From Acanthaster planci (lineage: Eukaryota): a stretch of 64,000 nt of DNA. This document shows positions 13,266 through 26,290 of this stretch, in pieces. The translations under genes were made by a program, and so were the position numbers. How positions within the stretch are numbered: position 1 is the stretch's first letter; each line of letters begins with the position of its first letter. The notes under the pieces are model-generated. The model did not search any database and had not been told where the DNA came from. It saw only the letters and a program-made list of their open reading frames with translations. Where the stretch lies: assembly GCF_001949145.1 (NCBI RefSeq), contig NW_019091355.1:3888646-3952645 (forward strand), given 5' to 3'.

Positions 13266-14199
13266 ATCTGTGAACATTCCAGGAAAGGAGTAGCTATTCA
13301 TCTTGGCCAATGTCTTACTCATTACCAGGTGCTCACTCAGTTGTCCACCATGTAATTCTCTTTGGAGGTCTTTCCTAATTTCCTTCGGCAAAACCAGTAG
13401 TCATCTGATTGGATTGAGACTCCCACTTTTTGTACAGCAACCCTAGGCTCGGACTGCCAGCTGGTCCCCAACTCGACCGGTACGGGGACGGTCTTAACTT
13501 CAGGAGGGTTCTGGGACACATAGCCGGTCAAATTGCTGGTCACAGTCCTTGTCCCAACAAGGGGCATAAGGGTTATGAGGCCTAAGCTGGACCAAGAGAG
13601 GGCCAAACTTTCTAGCGACGCAGGCTCCTTCGGTAGGAATTGCACCTCGCTGGTTCACAAACGAGTATGAAATGCACACGCTATGGTCGCATCGATACCC
13701 GCAGCAAGAGCGCACTCCCGACCAACATGGCTCTTTTTCAACTGATGTGGGGGTGCTTCTGCTCAAGGCGGATTTCGTCAACCTCTGGGGAATTGAGTAC
13801 TCACCTGACGGCTCTTTCTCAGCTCTTCCTTTTATTCTCTGCTTTTTTCAAACAACGTCTCTGTCTTCTTACAAAACGCCAGTCCCCCTCAACACAGTCG
13901 AAAAGTCCCTACTGCATCTGCATCCTTCCACAACGGGTTTTCCTGGCCGACCAGCAGTGGCTCCATCGCAACGGCTCCACCCGTGGGCAGATCTGTTTAT
14001 AGAGAGATAGTTGCGGCATCAGTGCCGCGATTGTTGGGGCCAAAATGGTGGATCATGCGTTAGCACACCTAAGCTGCGTCCTTACTGCACACATAATGAA
14101 CAGGGGTACAGTTGGCGCTACTCTTTCTGAGCAGGCATCCTTTGCTAGCTGACTGGCACCGACGCCACAACAGTCGGCACATAGCTACTGTGAAAATAA

Positions 14200-16260
14200 A
14201 GGGATTGTTCTTTTGTAGCATCTATCCTTCATTCAGCCACTTCATTATCTATTTTCAGTATCAGTTCTAAACACAAGGTCTCTTCTAATACAAAACGGCT
14301 AGCTTAATGAAACATATAAACATTCATTACCATTACGGTGGTTGGATTGGAACATTCCAACTGTCACGCATTAAAATGAGTGTTACCACTACTTTCACAA
14401 ACAGCTACTAGTCTGAAATTGTGTTTTGAGCTTCGCATTCCACGCACTTCCTCCCTCAAGCCCTGTACCTGAGCAGCTTGTCTTTGGCCTATCTAGTTCA
14501 GATATCAATGTTTAACTGACGTTCGTTCACCTAAACACAGACAAAAAAGTTATTGGCCAACACTGGCCAAACATGCGCATGAATACGGCTGTTCGGAACT
14601 AAACGTGCACCGATACTTTAAGTGAAAACTCCTTCTCGAGGCACATTTCTAGAAACTCTAAGTACCAACTAAGGGCTCATAAAAGTTATACACTTTTCAA
14701 ATTGTGACACAGAAAAACCCAACCAAAGCATCTTGTGGGCCTTGACGTTGAGCATCGATCACGTCCGCATCTGAAACTACGGGCCACTTTTACCCACAAA
14801 TAAAAATTCTATTGACAAAATTATACAGTCATGTGGCAAGACAAAAGCTGAAGTGTAATGCCAATAATAACGCAGATGGCAAAGGGTGTTGATAGATGAT
14901 TTCTGGTCTCGTGATTTTGACGATCAGTGTTTAGTTTACACAGATGGGCGCGGAAACGCGCGCCTTCAAAGTCTCTCAGCATTCTTTCATGAACGTGTCA
15001 ATAGAACTACCCAGATTCGAAAATGCAAGCTCCTCCACAAAAATGGTACGCTTCCTGAAATGCCTTTGTTCATCATGTTACGTCACGCATAAAATCTGGC
15101 AGTTGGAAAGTTAGATCTGTTTTGAAACTACTATACAGTGGCGTATCCAGCGACCAAGGCAAGCCCCCTCCCCAATGCAGACAAGTTGCCATTTTGTCAT
15201 TATGATGAAACATATGGAGCGGAGAGAACCCCTCCGCCTTTGTGTTGGTTATTGTTTGATCGGAATCTCAGGAATTCTTTACAGACTTCTGGGGGATGTG
15301 TTAGGTAAAAATAGTCTAGAGTGTGTATAGGGATTGGACATGTGGCGGGGGGGGTACCTGTTGACCCCATATCGTGCACAGTATTCATTTTGTTGAATTT
15401 TTCGTATTTATTTTTTAATGGTCATGCAAGGTAACTTCTTGTCAGGTTATAACTTCATGTCAGGTTATAATAGCCTCAAGTCCTATTTAGGTTATAATTG
15501 GTTATACAGACAGCTAATCGTCACGTGAGCAGCGTCAGCACTTTTCGGTCGACTAGTCCAGTGAAAGCTGAGCAGGTGCAATCTGATCATTTAATTGGCA
15601 CTTTTCTTGACCTAAAGAGCAGAGTTCAAACTCCTGATGTAGACACCACCGTTACCCACCTCAGAACGCCCCGAACGAACCCATATGTCACCTTGTGTGA
15701 TGGAGTGCCCAAGTATTTATTGTCGCCTTCAATTTCACGTCTGTAAAAAAGGCTCGTTCTTAGCACCTGTTTTGGAAAAAAGTTCTTGGCACTCTTTCAA
15801 ATGAGCAGGGAAATTATGTAAAAAAATTTACTTTGGTTTTGTTCGGTTTGGACTCACTGACATTTATTGGCCAATGATCAACGAAGGGTAAATGAATACG
15901 TGATGGGCATACCCATGCCGTGTCCTCTTCCTACGAGACTGCAGCAACTCTAACCAGCAACTCACCACAGGCCTCCCATTATTACCTGGGCGATCAGTGC
16001 AGACGCTTGCGGACACACTTGTTCACAACCATGACGAGTTTTCTTGTTTTGCTTTGCTAGAAGCGCTTCTAAACTGAACGTGCATCAATTGCACTTGTTT
16101 CTGGCCCTACGTTTTAGACTGATTCTCAAAGCCGGCTCGTACTTCAGGCAAGAGATGAAACTAATTAATTTCAATAAAAAAGTGCTGCAGATCGAGTTCA
16201 AAGGTGTTCAAATTGTGCGAATTTGCAGCGAGAATGCATGTATTTGATTGACATCGGAAA
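14200..16260 (+). pseudogene. 5'-only SAPLIP remnant (upstream region, 5'UTR, truncated exon 1, part of intron 1)
   Basis: Aligns by eye to 48260-50440 (upstream of copy 3). It has cacaaccATGACGAGTTTTC at 16031, then jumps into intron-1-like sequence (aactgaacgtgcatca...ctggccctac...ttttagactgat). No exons 2-5 found downstream. Boundaries approximate. Confidence 0.7.
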
Positions 16261-19099
16261 TTTCGTGTTGGCCTCAGCGCCAAATATGAACCTGCCTAAC
16301 AAGTGTACTGAGGCTGATAGTACACACTAGTTAAGAGATTGGTGGTTGTTGATTGGAGCTGATTTATTTCAATTTATGATGAAGAGGATGACCCAGTCAA
16401 TAATATAGAAATAATTCTGTCAACGAAATACATGTAAATTTAATTCAAAATAATTTCAGGTTGAGCACAGATTAGTTTGATTGAATAAGAATCAAACCGA
16501 ATACAGTGTACGTTTCACTACCAGCCGTGACTAAAATAATAGAGAAAAACTGGTCTTAGTCTGTTACAACTCTAATTGTCTTTTCCAAATAGATGTCGGT
16601 GCATGTAAGTCAGCTAAAAAGAAATACTCTGATAATTGATAGAAAATACTTCCCAACAGTCTAACACAACGCGTCCACTTATACAGCACAAAGTAAAGTT
16701 GTACTGTGCATACCAATAAGTTAGTACCAAGTTACTACTACTGTTTAAAGGAACCAGGAAATGGATTTTTCTTAGAATTACTTTTTTTGTATCTCTGTAC
16801 TCTTCCATGTATGAAAACTGTTCGACTTCTTTTTGAGTTACGTGAACTGAACGGTGCACTTTTTCACACATTAAAAATTGACCAAGCATTTCTGGGCAAG
16901 TGAGGGCGCTTTTACTTTGATGTAAATCCAGGAAGACATGGTTCAGGTTGCATGTTTTCATGTTCAAATTGTGAACCCCAAATTTGCTATTTGGGAACAT
17001 TTCTGTGAAAAGGATTTTGCTGGATTATTGCCATATACTTATACAGCAATAAATTGCCAAAGAAAATAAAATCTGCCATAGCAGTAGATAAAAAATCTAG
17101 AAATTTTCTGTGCACAAATCAGTGCAACATGAGATTCATGATGCCTAGTTCTGCTCATGAATATGCAAATTGCATTAGCATAAAAAACCAAAAAGCATCA
17201 AAATATGGGTTAAAATTGCAAAACAAAACTTAAAATCAGGTTAATTGAAACCCAAAGATGCATTTTCAAGGGTTTTTAGTAAAATTTATAAAAATATTTC
17301 TCTTTCCTGGTTCCTTGAACACATGTTCAATGCCCACGTTCAGTACACAGGACACGGCGCACGTACTGTGTGTGTACATCACTAGTGTACACGACAGGTT
17401 CAGTCGACTTTGAAAAGCTGACGCCTCAACACGAAAGGTGCACGCCAAAAACTATAAACACAGATTAACTATACAATAGTAACACCAACTAACATCTTCT
17501 ATTTTTCTTACAATGTCACCTTGATGCCTAATTTGGCCATGACTAACCCCCGAAATGCAGAAATAGGCCATGAATGATGAGACGCACCCCAAAATTCCGT
17601 TCAGAAAATGGTCTGCGTGGCACCTGACTCAGAACTACACAAAAAGAAGCTAACATATAGTTTGAAGCAAGGGGAATCCAGTGGTGCATGTTGTCATTCC
17701 GACAAAAGGGTACAAAAGGATGAATTCTGACTTTAAATCTGCCGTTTTCCACGTGCACAGTCGCACATTTTATATGCACCGTAGCGCATTTGGCTGCGTA
17801 TTCAAGTAGGGTGCGGCAACGATGTAATTCTGGTTACCAAACCTGATGGATCTGACTATTCCCCCTCGATTTCATTACGCGTCGTCAGGGATCAACACAT
17901 GGCCAAATATAAATAAAAAGGCCGGCGTGAATTTACGAGTAAGCCTAGCAATGCATACATATGGCAATCTCCAAGGCATACATGCTCAGCACCTGAACAT
18001 CATTTCCAAGAAATGAGTGAAAAAATCCACGTCGCCGCACCAGTTTCAGAGCCAACCCCCAACCAGAAACTAGTGTCATTTTGCGGTCTTAAGCTCGACC
18101 ATGATTGTGCCTACCGGCTGCCCTGTAAGCTAGGCAGCGATGTTCTGGGGAGTCATGCTGCACATTTTGTCAGTTACAGTGTACATGTACAGGTATAACT
18201 TTTGCCCTCAAGAAAGATCTTGCCGGGATCAAAACATACGGCCCTCCTGGTTGTTTTCCTTGTATTTTTGGATACCATTGCCGGAAAGCACCGTGCAGAA
18301 GTTTTTTAATTAGATTTTCTTCCAAAGATTCATTCAGGGGCCCCAAAGTTCATTAAGAGGCACTAACTTTCAATAACTCTGCAAAGGCTAACCTTGTGTT
18401 CTATCAGCTGGGTTCAATTATTTCCTCAATTTATTTCCAACCATTACATTATGTCACAGGCTGTTATTTTAAAGAAATTTTAACAAAGAATTCAATCAAT
18501 GTTCAATCTTCACATGTTGTCTTTTTTATACAAAAGACAAAAGGAATATAAAATTTAATAAACTCAGATTTGTTGACCGGAAGTAAGTTTTACTGCAAAA
18601 ACGTCGTACAAGAAAGCAAAATGAAACTCCACTGCATCATGGCAAGTTGAACAACTTGAAGAATTTTTTTGTTAATTAAGTAATCTTACTGTTTTTACAC
18701 AATGCATTATTAAACTTACTATGAACGGACTTCACCCGAGTTTCATTTAAAAATTAATCAAGCAACCTTTTAACATTAAACAATTAACCACTGTTTTACA
18801 AGGCCAAAGCGGAGCCGAATGCCAAAACTGACTACACTAGCATAATAAAAAGTAAACTACAACTGGGCATGTTGGAAACTGTCGGGAATTATATTGTGAA
18901 TTACAGGTACGTGGATTTCACCCATATTTCACAGAAGTTATATGTGTACCAGTTACATTTTGTATGGAGGTAAAGAACAATAACCAGTCTGAATTACCGA
19001 TTAAGAATGAAATGTTGTTCTCCTGCTGCACCTTATAGCATCGGACTGTGTTTAAAACAGTGCTACAAGTCGTCTTATTATAATCCTAAGCGGAGTCTT

Positions 19100-19375
19100 G
19101 GCCAAAGATCGTATAGCGCCGAAGGCGCAAGATGGATAACTCTGCTCAAAAGATGTAATTACCATGGGCGCCATTTGAGCAAGCTATACGCCTGCGCAGT
19201 TTACGGTAATGCCTGATCGCAGGCTCACCGGGTGCACGTGCCTGCCGCGGCGCCTGCGCCTTAATGTGCATTGCGCAGGCGTATCGCCTGCTCAAATGGC
19301 GTCCACGCGAGTACAACGTTTCACGTGTATTCACGGTGAAGTTCGCCATCTTGCGCCGCTGTACGATCTTTGGTC
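19100..19375. mobile_element. MITE/foldback (ggccaaagatcgtatagcg..ggcgcaagatgg / ccatcttgcgccgctgtacgatctttggtc)
   Basis: Terminal and internal inverted repeats seen directly. Confidence 0.65.
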
Positions 19376-19714
19376 TTGGCCGCCCACATTGATGTTAGAG
19401 TGGTTGGTTTCTTGCTGTGGATGACATTGACGTGTATGGGGCTAAATAACTGATACAGAAGACCAGAAATGCTTCCTTGAAGGCATATCTTGACGTACCA
19501 GGTGACAAACTGTCAAAGATGAAAGAAGAAATCGACTGGAGAGAGAAATGGAGATGCAGAGAAATAGAGCTTTGGTCTTGGAGAGGGCAATCCACTTTCT
19601 ACCTTTAAAAGGCCAGTATAAACATTGCATGACTTAGTATACACAACAGTCCATGAAAGGGCGAGTAATAAACGTGTTTGGCCTGTTTCATGCTGTACGT
19701 ACCATAAAACTCAC

Positions 19715-21330
19715 CTAGGAAAGTTGTCCATATCTGCTGGTAGATCATGTAAGAATCTCTGTGATACTTCACTTTGATGCCTACACGGTATGTGTTACGT
19801 ATCCATCGAAGCACGTTTTCATCAGCCTTCAGTTCAGAGGCTCTCCTCAGCTATGCTACAACCACCACCCAAGGAATGTATGAAAGAACATTATTGTTGA
19901 AAAGATATTTTCAAGTTTGCATTTTTCAAAGAATTCTATCAATCATAAATACATGCACTTGTTTCAGTAGGGCTTTTCAAACACTGAAATTATGGAATAA
20001 ACACATGAATTCGAAACCATGTTTTTCTTTTGTCTATTATAAGCCGTATAATTGTTCAAATTTTTTCAAATACTTGTTCAGAGTTCACATTTCATGATGG
20101 CAGTAAATCTCCCTCAATTTATCTAGGTCTTTACACTTTAGAAAGAATGCTGCATCATGATTCCATTTTTTTACATAATATTGATGATGGGTTCGATTAT
20201 AAAGTACATATATGTGCACAAACCTCGATCACTTGACTCAGTACACATGAATGGATCCCGTCCTTTATCTTGCCTTTCCAAATTAAGCAAGTTCTTTCTT
20301 GCCACACATGTTACGAAGTGGAAGCAAGACATGACTGGATCAGGATGGGATGGCACCAAACAAGGGTCATTCATCTAGGCAGAAATTAAACAAAGAAATA
20401 ATTATGGGAAACTGACTAGGTGTTTTTGAATGACTATAACGATGAACAAAGAAATTGACCGCAGTGGGATTTGAACCTGCGGCAGCTATCCAGCCCTATG
20501 TTGGTGGCTCTTCCCATTTGTCAATATCTCTGTTCGGGGGGCGCTAGCCAGAAGCCATTACACCTGAAACACCATGTAGCCAGGGATCACACCCCAATTA
20601 CACGATACAACTCGGGAAGAGGTGAACAGGGATCACACAAAGAGGATACGGCTGTTTGAAAATAAATCATGAAACAAGTCCTACAGAAGTAACAGATAAA
20701 CACAGGAAATTCAAATGAAATCTGGGCAAGATTTGTACGTAAAAACAGGAAAGAAAATGTATTCAGTATATTGGCAATATCGGGATGCACATAAGTGGGC
20801 ATTCTGTAACCGTAGACATGACTACGGTTACAGAATTGTCCTTGAACAACTTATCCGAGGCATGTCTGATAAGAATAACTTGGTATGGTGTAAGTTGGTA
20901 TACTTTATGTGTGCTTGGTCGTGTTGGTAGGCGTGGTAGGCTAAAGTAATGTCAAATTTTACAGCAAAATCATTCAGGCGTTGAGCCTTGAAAGACATCC
21001 AGACATGCGCACATACCTCTTTCCGTGCTCCCTGTGTCATCCGCACTTCCTAGTTGTACCTCTTGCTCGCACTTGACTCTTGTCTTATGAATTTCGTGGT
21101 GTTGAGTGAACCTGCATTTTGTCGCAACACAGCGCTCCTTACTGTCACAGTCCGAAATTTCCCGCCACTTCTCAACAGACGATTACAGGATTTTAACATT
21201 TTTTCACATTCAGGGACACTAACTCGGATTTTCTTCCTCAGACACGCTCTCCAATTTTTGACAAGCCACGACAGCATGTGCATGTGAACAACACCGCTCT
21301 TGTTCTTCAGATCTCTAACTAGCACGTATA
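19715..21330 (-). mobile_element. Possible intron-containing DNA-transposon gene remnant (Academ-like N-terminal region)
   Basis: Exon-like pieces: ~20223-20374 (...TCLIWKGKIK/GRDPFMCTESSDR|gtttgt) and 19715-19855 (*LRRASELKADENVLRWIRNTYRVGIKVKYHRDSY...TFL|gtgag). These resemble the CxxC...L..AAE.K.DE.IL..IR..D.VA.EVKYH..CY motif I associate with Academ-type transposases. Stops present. Confidence 0.4.
20446..20660 (-). repeat. tRNA-related interspersed repeat (SINE-like)
   Basis: Minus-strand B box gcaggttcaaatcccactgcggtc followed by a T-rich end; internally deleted, not a full cloverleaf. Confidence 0.5.
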
Positions 21331-23004
21331 TTCGATCCCCATAGTACGGAAGCGTATATAGGACATGACTGAAAAAAAAATTGGGCCTGCTATTTCACCC
21401 GGGCGGATTGGTATTTCGCCCGGGCGAAATAGTAATCCGCCCCGGGCGAAATATAAGGCAGAAAATCTTCTTTCATTCATGTCCGATATACACCCCCGAA
21501 GTAACCATAGTAAGCCGAACGCAAGACCGTTAGCACGTGCCCTTCCTTTCTTGTTAAGTGTCCAAGAATTAAGTCGGACCAACGCTCACTCCAAAGAATA
21601 CATGAGCCAACACAAAGCACCGAGTACAGCCCTTTGTCTGAAAGATTATCCCCATTACCCGGTGAAATGACGTACTGTCCATTGTCTAGGGATTACCTGA
21701 GATCGACGTTCACTTCCGGAGTGCTCGTCAGTATTTTTCCGTGATATCGCGCATTATGAGTCGTCTATTTTAAGCATCATATTTCATTCCGTTGTACATT
21801 TTTTTCCTTTCAATAGATCAACCTTTACCCTACTCTTCTCTCATATTCATGTTTATCCACACAAAAGTCATATTGTGCCATAATTTTTACCCTTCCCTTG
21901 TTCCTATTCATCCCTTACAGAAGGTTAACCTGTGTCATAATATTTACCGAAACGTCTTCTATAATCATATTCCTACTCATCCCTTAGAAAAGGTCAACTT
22001 GTTCAAGACTTTCTGACCGTTTCCTCGTTCCTATATTCATCCCTAGGTCAACCTGTACCTTCACCCTACACCTCATTCCTCTTCTTAGATATATGATATT
22101 ATTATCATTCTTATGCATATTCATGTGACCATTTCCTATTTCTGTAGCAAAGGTCAAAGTGTACCAGACAGTGCCCCCCACTACTGACGTGGCCTGCTGT
22201 ATGCCGCTGTTAAGAGTTAATCTTGCGCGCGTGCGCACGCACACTTTGGTAATGAGCGCCATGAACACACGTGCAAAAGTGGTTCCAAAGTCACGCTCTG
22301 TGAAAGTCCAGAGGGTCATTTCCACACCAATAAGATCCAGAAAACGACTTGTATGGGAATCCATGTAACCAGATCAAGCCAGAGTCGTATCCTCACGGTT
22401 AATTAAGAGCCGGAAATCAATTTGTATGGGAATCCATGTAACTTTTCCTCCTCCGTCGATATAGTGTCAAAGTGTAACCGTTTATGAAATGGTTCCCTTA
22501 CATTGATTGACCTGGGTTTCTTGCTGTGCATAGGTAATCTTTATACTTTGGATTCAAGGTTTAATCGCCGATGAAACAAAGTAATCCGTTTACTGGTTTT
22601 GTTAAACTTAATGTTTTAACTTCAGATTAAACTTAATTCCATTGGATGTAAAAAGATTTTAAATGTAAAACCTTTTGTGAGTGTACCTCTTAACTCCCGT
22701 ATTATGAAATCCACTAAAAGGTAATCGAAACATATTTGTGTTTTGTGATTATTTAAGACAATGTGATGTTTTCATGGTAGACGATTTTGTTCATTTTCAT
22801 ACGCACGTATTAAATCACCAAAAGATGGTAATAATTGAATCATACACTAATCTCTGTGTCGTACTTATTTCTCTCTACTACATTGTCCTTTTTTTAAACA
22901 ATTCATCGTCCCTTCTAGTCATTTTTACAATTATATAAACTGTAAGGTAATTAAGATGACGGGCATCCCTTTTTAACTTTTTTGTTTTGGAATACAAATC
23001 TGAT

Positions 23005-23275
23005 TACAAATAAATTCGTGAGCATAAATAGGAAACATCGACATCATAAAGGGTCTCTATAAATACATGGACGGCTGAATGATTCATCAGTTTGTCTTTA
23101 GCGGAACATCGATACGATTTTTTTCGTTCTAATACTCCTACATCGGTGAAGACAATAGAATATGCAATACTGGCCACATACGGCTGTATTGTAGACTCAA
23201 GGCAAACCTTTTTGTGCGTCCAGTAGTTGGCATTGTCTGTTAAAAGCTTGTCCCGTAGACGCGAGGATCTTCCCC
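23005..23275 (-). pseudogene. Adenain-type (adenovirus-like) cysteine protease, C-terminal fragment
   Basis: ...SDGEDPRVYG.../DNANYWTHKK.../NTAVCGQYCIFYCLHRCRSI...VSMF/DKLMNHSAVHVFI. VCGQYC is the catalytic-Cys motif of Polinton/adenoviral maturation proteases. Confidence 0.8.
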
Positions 23276-23659
23276 GTCAGAATAGAGAGATCCCAATACG
23301 ATGCTTTTAGCGTCGATTTGCGCACTTCCGCGTTTGAAAACGAGGCTGTATGTGTCAGCTTCAATTCTTAATACGATCAGACGATTGAAAGTAAGGAGTT
23401 TAGACACAAAATACATACAGATATGTTAAATTCAGACTTTTCAGGCTGCAAATTTTTGAGGAAGAGTCTTTCAGGATGACTCGACTCGTACAATCAAAAG
23501 AGAAATAACGACACTTGACCGCGAACTAACGTACCTGCGATGGCCGTGTATCTTGTGCAGTGGACGTGGTTTAACCTGGAGGGGCGTCATACTTACGAAC
23601 CGGATATTCCATGTATTGAGTGGACTCCGCGGGCGGGCGCGACGAAGTTCAACACAGAG

Positions 23660-23915
23660 AGCCTCTCTCCGACTGATTGCGTTGAGGAATGGACAATGTT
23701 TTCACGGCCACACGACGAATTGTATACCTGGCTGTGGTGCTTTCCAAAGTTTTGGCATGCAACAAGGTCACTGACGGACCGACTGTCACCTTGCGAATAT
23801 ACAGGGCTGCATCAATTTATTTCTACCTTGTATTCGTTCGCATGGTTAGCACTTGAAAGGCAAAAAGCGTTCTTCCTTCAGTGAAACTTCAATTTCACGT
23901 TAACGCCATTTTATC
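23660..23915 (-). pseudogene. Polinton major capsid protein (hexon, double jelly-roll) fragment
   Basis: NGVNVKLKFH*RKNAFCLSSANHANEYKVEI/DAALYIRKVTVGPSVTLLHAKTLESTTARYTIRRVAVKTLSIP matches the conserved NGV.V.L...RS..F.L...YKV.I..A.L.VRKV...PSV...H...L...TA.YPI.RV..K.F.IP segment of Maverick MCPs. Confidence 0.85.
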
Positions 23916-25289
23916 AATAATCTCTCCTGAATCTCTCCACGTCAACCACTTGGCTTTCTTTATCCTAATGTTTTCTCTCTCGGACTCTTGGCATCTCGTC
24001 ATTGATGGCATTTATAACTTACTGAATGGAGTTGCAGAACCCTGGTACAATCTTCCAAGAATAGGCTTCTCTACCGTTTTCACTATAAGTCAAACCACTC
24101 TTGTGATGTCACCCTAGTATTCAGTAAAGTGTTGAGTATTCTTCTTAAAAAGAATGTACAATTTGGACATTCGTCAAAAACTGATAGATCAAACTTGACT
24201 TGATACAGACACAGAAAAGCACGTGACGTTAAATTACAACGTCAAACACGGTGAGAATCACTCTCGACAATAGATTGCTTTACACGTCTAATGCGGTTAA
24301 CACTCAAATTTTTAGATTTGCTGCGGTGACATTTTCTGTTGAGATTAGCGATTTTTACATATCCTTTCCATTTTAGTATTATTTCATTTTTTTTTCATTT
24401 TAATTGCGATTCGTATTCTAATGGTTACGTACAATATTTCTTATCTTTATCATTTTTCTTTGCGTATTTATTTTAAAATTCACATTTAGCCACTTAACTT
24501 TCGGTTAAACGTCAGTTTTAACTCTTCCTCTGTTCATAAACAATTTTTAGAAACAACTTCAGCAATCATAATTCATTTACAAATTTGCAAAACAATTAAT
24601 TGTTTAGAAACTTACGTATGATACTTTCCAGATGAGTGAGGTGATATTCCAAACGCATGTAATTTCCAAACAAAAGAATTTCCTTCAGTGACGGAGGGAT
24701 TTCAAAGAGCAAGCGTGTACTTCCAAGGTTGTAAACGTAATCTTCATTTGAAGAGACAGTCAACTGTAGTTCTCACATCAGTCACTCGAGAAACCTGTTC
24801 GTTGGTGGTGTAAAGGGTTCACAGCTCCGTACAGTCATAGCGATAGTCTTTGCTAACTTAAATTTAGCATATTTCAGCAACTAAATCCATTGGGACCGTA
24901 TTGACAGCGTGTGTGCAGTACGATACACTGATGGTGTCGACTGCATGTCTCTGTGTGACTTTGTGTAAAGCAGGTACTATGCCTATGAATGAAAAAATAG
25001 TTGTGCACCCAGCCGAGGAGTTACTCAACTGCTTGGGACAGGAATGAAGCTTTTATGTACATGCAAATATACATAGCCAGCCAACGCTGGACAAATGATG
25101 GAATTCATCTCACGGCTCTCAAAGCATCAGTAAAACCTTTTTGTTCTTTTGTACAATACGGGCAGTAATAGTGGAGGGGGCGTGGTTTAAGTCAGAAAAC
25201 ACTCAAAAGGTGGAGATTCTTTGATTCAAATGGGCTCAGACGCTTCGCATCCCTACCCATTCGAATCAAAGAATCTCCACATTTCCCTC

Positions 25290-25493
25290 GTTTCTCCTTA
25301 TTCGAATTGATTGTTATCCTCCGTTATGCTGCATCGCGAAAACGGATAGTGAATTTCTGCCAAAGCGACCTCCCATTCTCCAGTAAGTTGAATTGGATTC
25401 GCCAATCTCGCGTTGTAGCTTGATAGCGTGTTGTTTACATAGACCAATCGAAGCGTTGGACAGTAACGTAACAAAGACTTGTGTGGTTGTCAT
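25290..25493 (-). pseudogene. Polinton minor capsid (penton) N-terminus; probably continues at ~23930-24115 after an insertion
   Basis: ATG 5 nt after the integrase stop. MTTTQVFVTLLSNASIGL/NNTLSSYNARLANPIQLTGEWEVALAEIHYP matches the FYVTLPSNSS...NT...L..PI.L.GEWEV.L.EI.YP motif. The downstream piece WKIVPGFCNSIQ*VINAINDEM fits the PGYY.SI motif. Confidence 0.82.
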
Positions 25494-25498
25494 TGTCT

Positions 25499-26290
25499 TT
25501 ACCCTGTCAAGTCAGAGACCCAACTGTTAAATTTGGAGGGATATAACCCGACCATTTAACAAAGTTCTTTCGAAGCATTCGTCTTTCTCATGCGCAATAC
25601 TTTTTCCACTCTGAGTACACGTCATCTTTTTTATGTACCTTCTGTAATTCCTGTTCGTAAATGATCCCATAATTTCCTCATCGGAATAACCTTTTGGGTT
25701 GCCGTTGGTTGCCCGTCCGTCTTACAATCGTGAATATTTCCCGAGACCAGGCAGGGAGGTATGATTTCTCAAAGACCATGCGCTGTTTACTGATTCTGTC
25801 TCCAACCTTAACTTTAAATTAGGCCTACACTGCAGACGCTCCATTGGAATATAAATTTTTCCACACGATACTCTCATTCCTAGCATCTACTTCAACAGGT
25901 TTCGATGATACGAATGATTGTAACCTTTTACAAGTTGTTGCAGAACGGAAATGTATTTGAAGGTACGCAACGTGAAATACTTCCACATTCTTCCTTTTAA
26001 TGTCCGATTAAATCATTCCACGATCGATGCCTTCACTTCACTATTTGTCAAGTAGAATCGGATGCCATTCTTCTTTTGAATAGTTTTGGAGATTGCGGTT
26101 GACAGATTCACTACTTTTATCCGTATAGATAAAGATGGGTCGCCTTTCGGTAGACTAAGAAATATCTTGATAGGTGGTTACCATAACCTCACCCGTCTCA
26201 TTTTTTAACGGTCGCACCCATGCGTACTTGGAGAAGACGTTGATGCAAGTCAGTAAGTACTTACATCCATTATTGTATCGTGCAAAAAAG
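25499..26290 (-). pseudogene. Maverick/Polinton retroviral-like (RVE) integrase with C-terminal chromo-like domain, 5'-truncated
   Basis: Minus strand, joining frameshifts and stops: KYLLTCINVFSKYAWVRPLKN...IYTDKSSE...SEVKASIVE*FNRTLKGRMWKYFT...LQQLVKGYNHSYHR...NESIVWKNLY...KVGDRISKQRMVFEKSYLPAWSREIFTI...YEQELQKV...RVEKVLR...VKWSGYPSKFNSWV. This is the characteristic Polinton c-integrase signature. Stop at 25499-25501. Confidence 0.9.

Noticed and set aside
21385..21455. Repeated cccgggcg(a/g) units as a CRISPR-like array
   Set aside because: Only three short units with no spacer structure, in a eukaryotic context; similar to 3590-3660 and probably a transposon subterminal repeat.
23540..23884. 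Plus-strand 114-aa ORF MAVYLVQWTW...
   Set aside because: Its 3' part is antisense to the hexon fragment and it has no recognisable domain.
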